Notes under the pieces: generated by a model
The model's input: only the letters and a program-made list of their open reading frames with translations
The model's database searches: none
What the model was told of the DNA's origin: nothing
Part shown: positions 62,351 through 64,000 of the stretch, one piece after another
How positions within the stretch are numbered: the stretch's first letter is position 1
How the letters are laid out: each line of letters begins with the position of its first letter
Translations under genes and position numbers: made by a program
NCBI GenBank assembly: GCA_973895155.1
Contig: OZ316891.1
Coordinates: 4,559,708 to 4,623,707 of the forward strand
Source: Marsupella aquatica
Taxonomy: Eukaryota > Plantae > Marchantiophyta
Reading direction: 5' to 3'
Length of the DNA stretch: 64,000 nucleotides

Positions 62351-63470
62351 ATTAATTTGCCAAAGTCACCTTGTGGTTGTGTGAGGAGTGGCCGGGGGCT
62401 CATTAGCAGGTTTTTTGGCCCACACATTTCCAGGTAGCCATGGTTTGTCTATATGATGTCATTCAAAACGACCCTCTTTGTTGGCCTACTTTGCATGCAC
62501 GCTGAACCCAGGACACTAATCAAAATTAATTATTAAAAGTTGCATTGTAGTTGGGTGAGGGATGGGGCCGGGTGGGGGTTCACCTCAAGATGATATCAAC
62601 TCCTGTATACCCGTCTAGTTTGATTAAATATATGGAGCTATACATACAAAAGAAACTTTGACCTTAGCTAGTTTTGTGGCCCACTTATTTCGAGATAGTC
62701 AGAGTTTATGTATGATGTGTTTGACATTGACCACCCATTGGATTTGCGTACTTAGCATGCATCCTGTAATTAATCAGTCAAAGTCATGTTAAGGTTGTGT
62801 AAGGTTGGGATATAGCTCAAAATTGTATCAAATCGTGTACACTAAGGTCCAGTTCGATTATTAGATGTATGTAAGTAGCCAGACACACAAAAGACTAGCC
62901 AGGACAATATATTAGCTAGTTTTAGTTTGTGGCCTGCCTATTTCTAGACAATCATGGTTTATCTAGGATGTTATTTAGAACCAACCACTCCATTTACCTT
63001 CTTGGCATGCACCCTGAAATTAATTAGTCAAAGTCAAGCTGTAGCTGTCTAAAGTGTGGGGGTTAAACTATTTTCTTAGTCATCAATCCTTTAAACTAAG
63101 GTCTACATTGCTTAAAGGCATGTAGCTTGATATACCTAAGACTTGGACATTGTATTGATTAGCTAATTTCTTGGCCCACATATTTTTGGATAGTCGTGGT
63201 TTCTCTAAATATGATATCGTTTATAAGCAACAACTCTACTTGCCTACGTACTTGACATGCACCCATAATTAAATTAAGCAAGAAACTCATTATTCAAAGT
63301 CAAGTCGTACTTGTGTAAGGGATCATGGGGGTTCAACTCAAAATTGTGTCAAATCCTTCGAGTCACCAAGGTCCAGTTTCATTACATATAATTATATATC
63401 ATGTAGTAAGACATACAAGAGAGTTGGACATTAGCTAGTGTTGTGGGGCACATATTTCTTGTCATGTATA
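62350..63470 (+). repeat. Diverged tandem repeat with about 255-bp period
   Basis: ttagc(t)ag...tggccca.a.attt recurs at about 62403, 62664, 62913, 63159 and 63431; aattaat...tcaaagtca recurs at a similar spacing. Confidence 0.7.
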
Positions 63471-64000
63471 CGTTTAGACAGGGTTAGTACAAGAAGGTTT
63501 AAGTTTCACACAGGGTTCCAGCACTAAACATATCCTGAAAATACTTTCTCATATTAATTTCCAAAGGTTAGGTTGTTCCACCTCTAACTAGATAGAATAC
63601 TAACATTGTAATATATATATATATAATTTCGCAGGACCTGGTTAGGGACCTGGTCTCACCTTCCCCCATCGACCTAAAGCCTACCAGGACTAATGTGTTG
63701 AGCTAGATACCCCATCAATTGATATCTGTGTTCAGATATTTATAGCAATTGCCACAAATGCAGGAAGAGAAAGCCAGGCATCCAGTTTAGTAACAAAAGA
63801 GGGCGATAGGCTAGTACTGCTGGTATTTCTCAGACAGTTAGTTTGTTTTTTAAGGAGGCGCTCTTGATATGATGATGATAATCGTGCGCTTCTTTTTGTC
63901 TATTCTAGTAAATAGATTGAAGTTGAAACTGTACATGAATACAAAACTGTTTTGGCCATCAGAAACAGTCCACTATCAACACTTAGTCAAATAAAGAACT

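Overview
Eukaryotic, intron-containing land-plant DNA; a non-seed plant such as a bryophyte is my inference, not proven. It is dominated by nested, mostly decayed transposons. One intact host gene is visible: a 9-exon plastid tryptophan synthase alpha (48183-51716). Also present are an intronless RPL23/uL14 pseudogene and a SKP1-like pseudogene. Mobile content: (1) a Mutator-like transposase gene (about 5701-16915) split by a young 5'-truncated LINE in its intron and by a 4.7-kb TG...CA element; (2) two 4-4.7-kb TG...CA elements with 5-bp TSDs, no gag/pol and no internal LTR pair, each carrying a related long ORF (candidate protein-coding solo LTRs); (3) a densely packed minus-strand cluster (about 20.1-31 kb) with two F-box-like ORFs and a spliced polyprotein (ParB-like, degenerate amino-methyltransferase-like, ER/K helix, Ulp1 protease, FCP1-like phosphatase). 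This cluster shares a 15-bp palindrome (CGGAACASTGTTCCG, about 20 copies) with a divergently oriented Sola-like transposase at 41.5-44.8 kb, suggesting one giant cargo transposon with its own ParB/parS-like recognition system; (4) a CACTA/EnSpm transposase pseudogene; (5) satellite arrays at 60.9-63.5 kb. All domain calls are by-eye motif recognition; no database searches were run.
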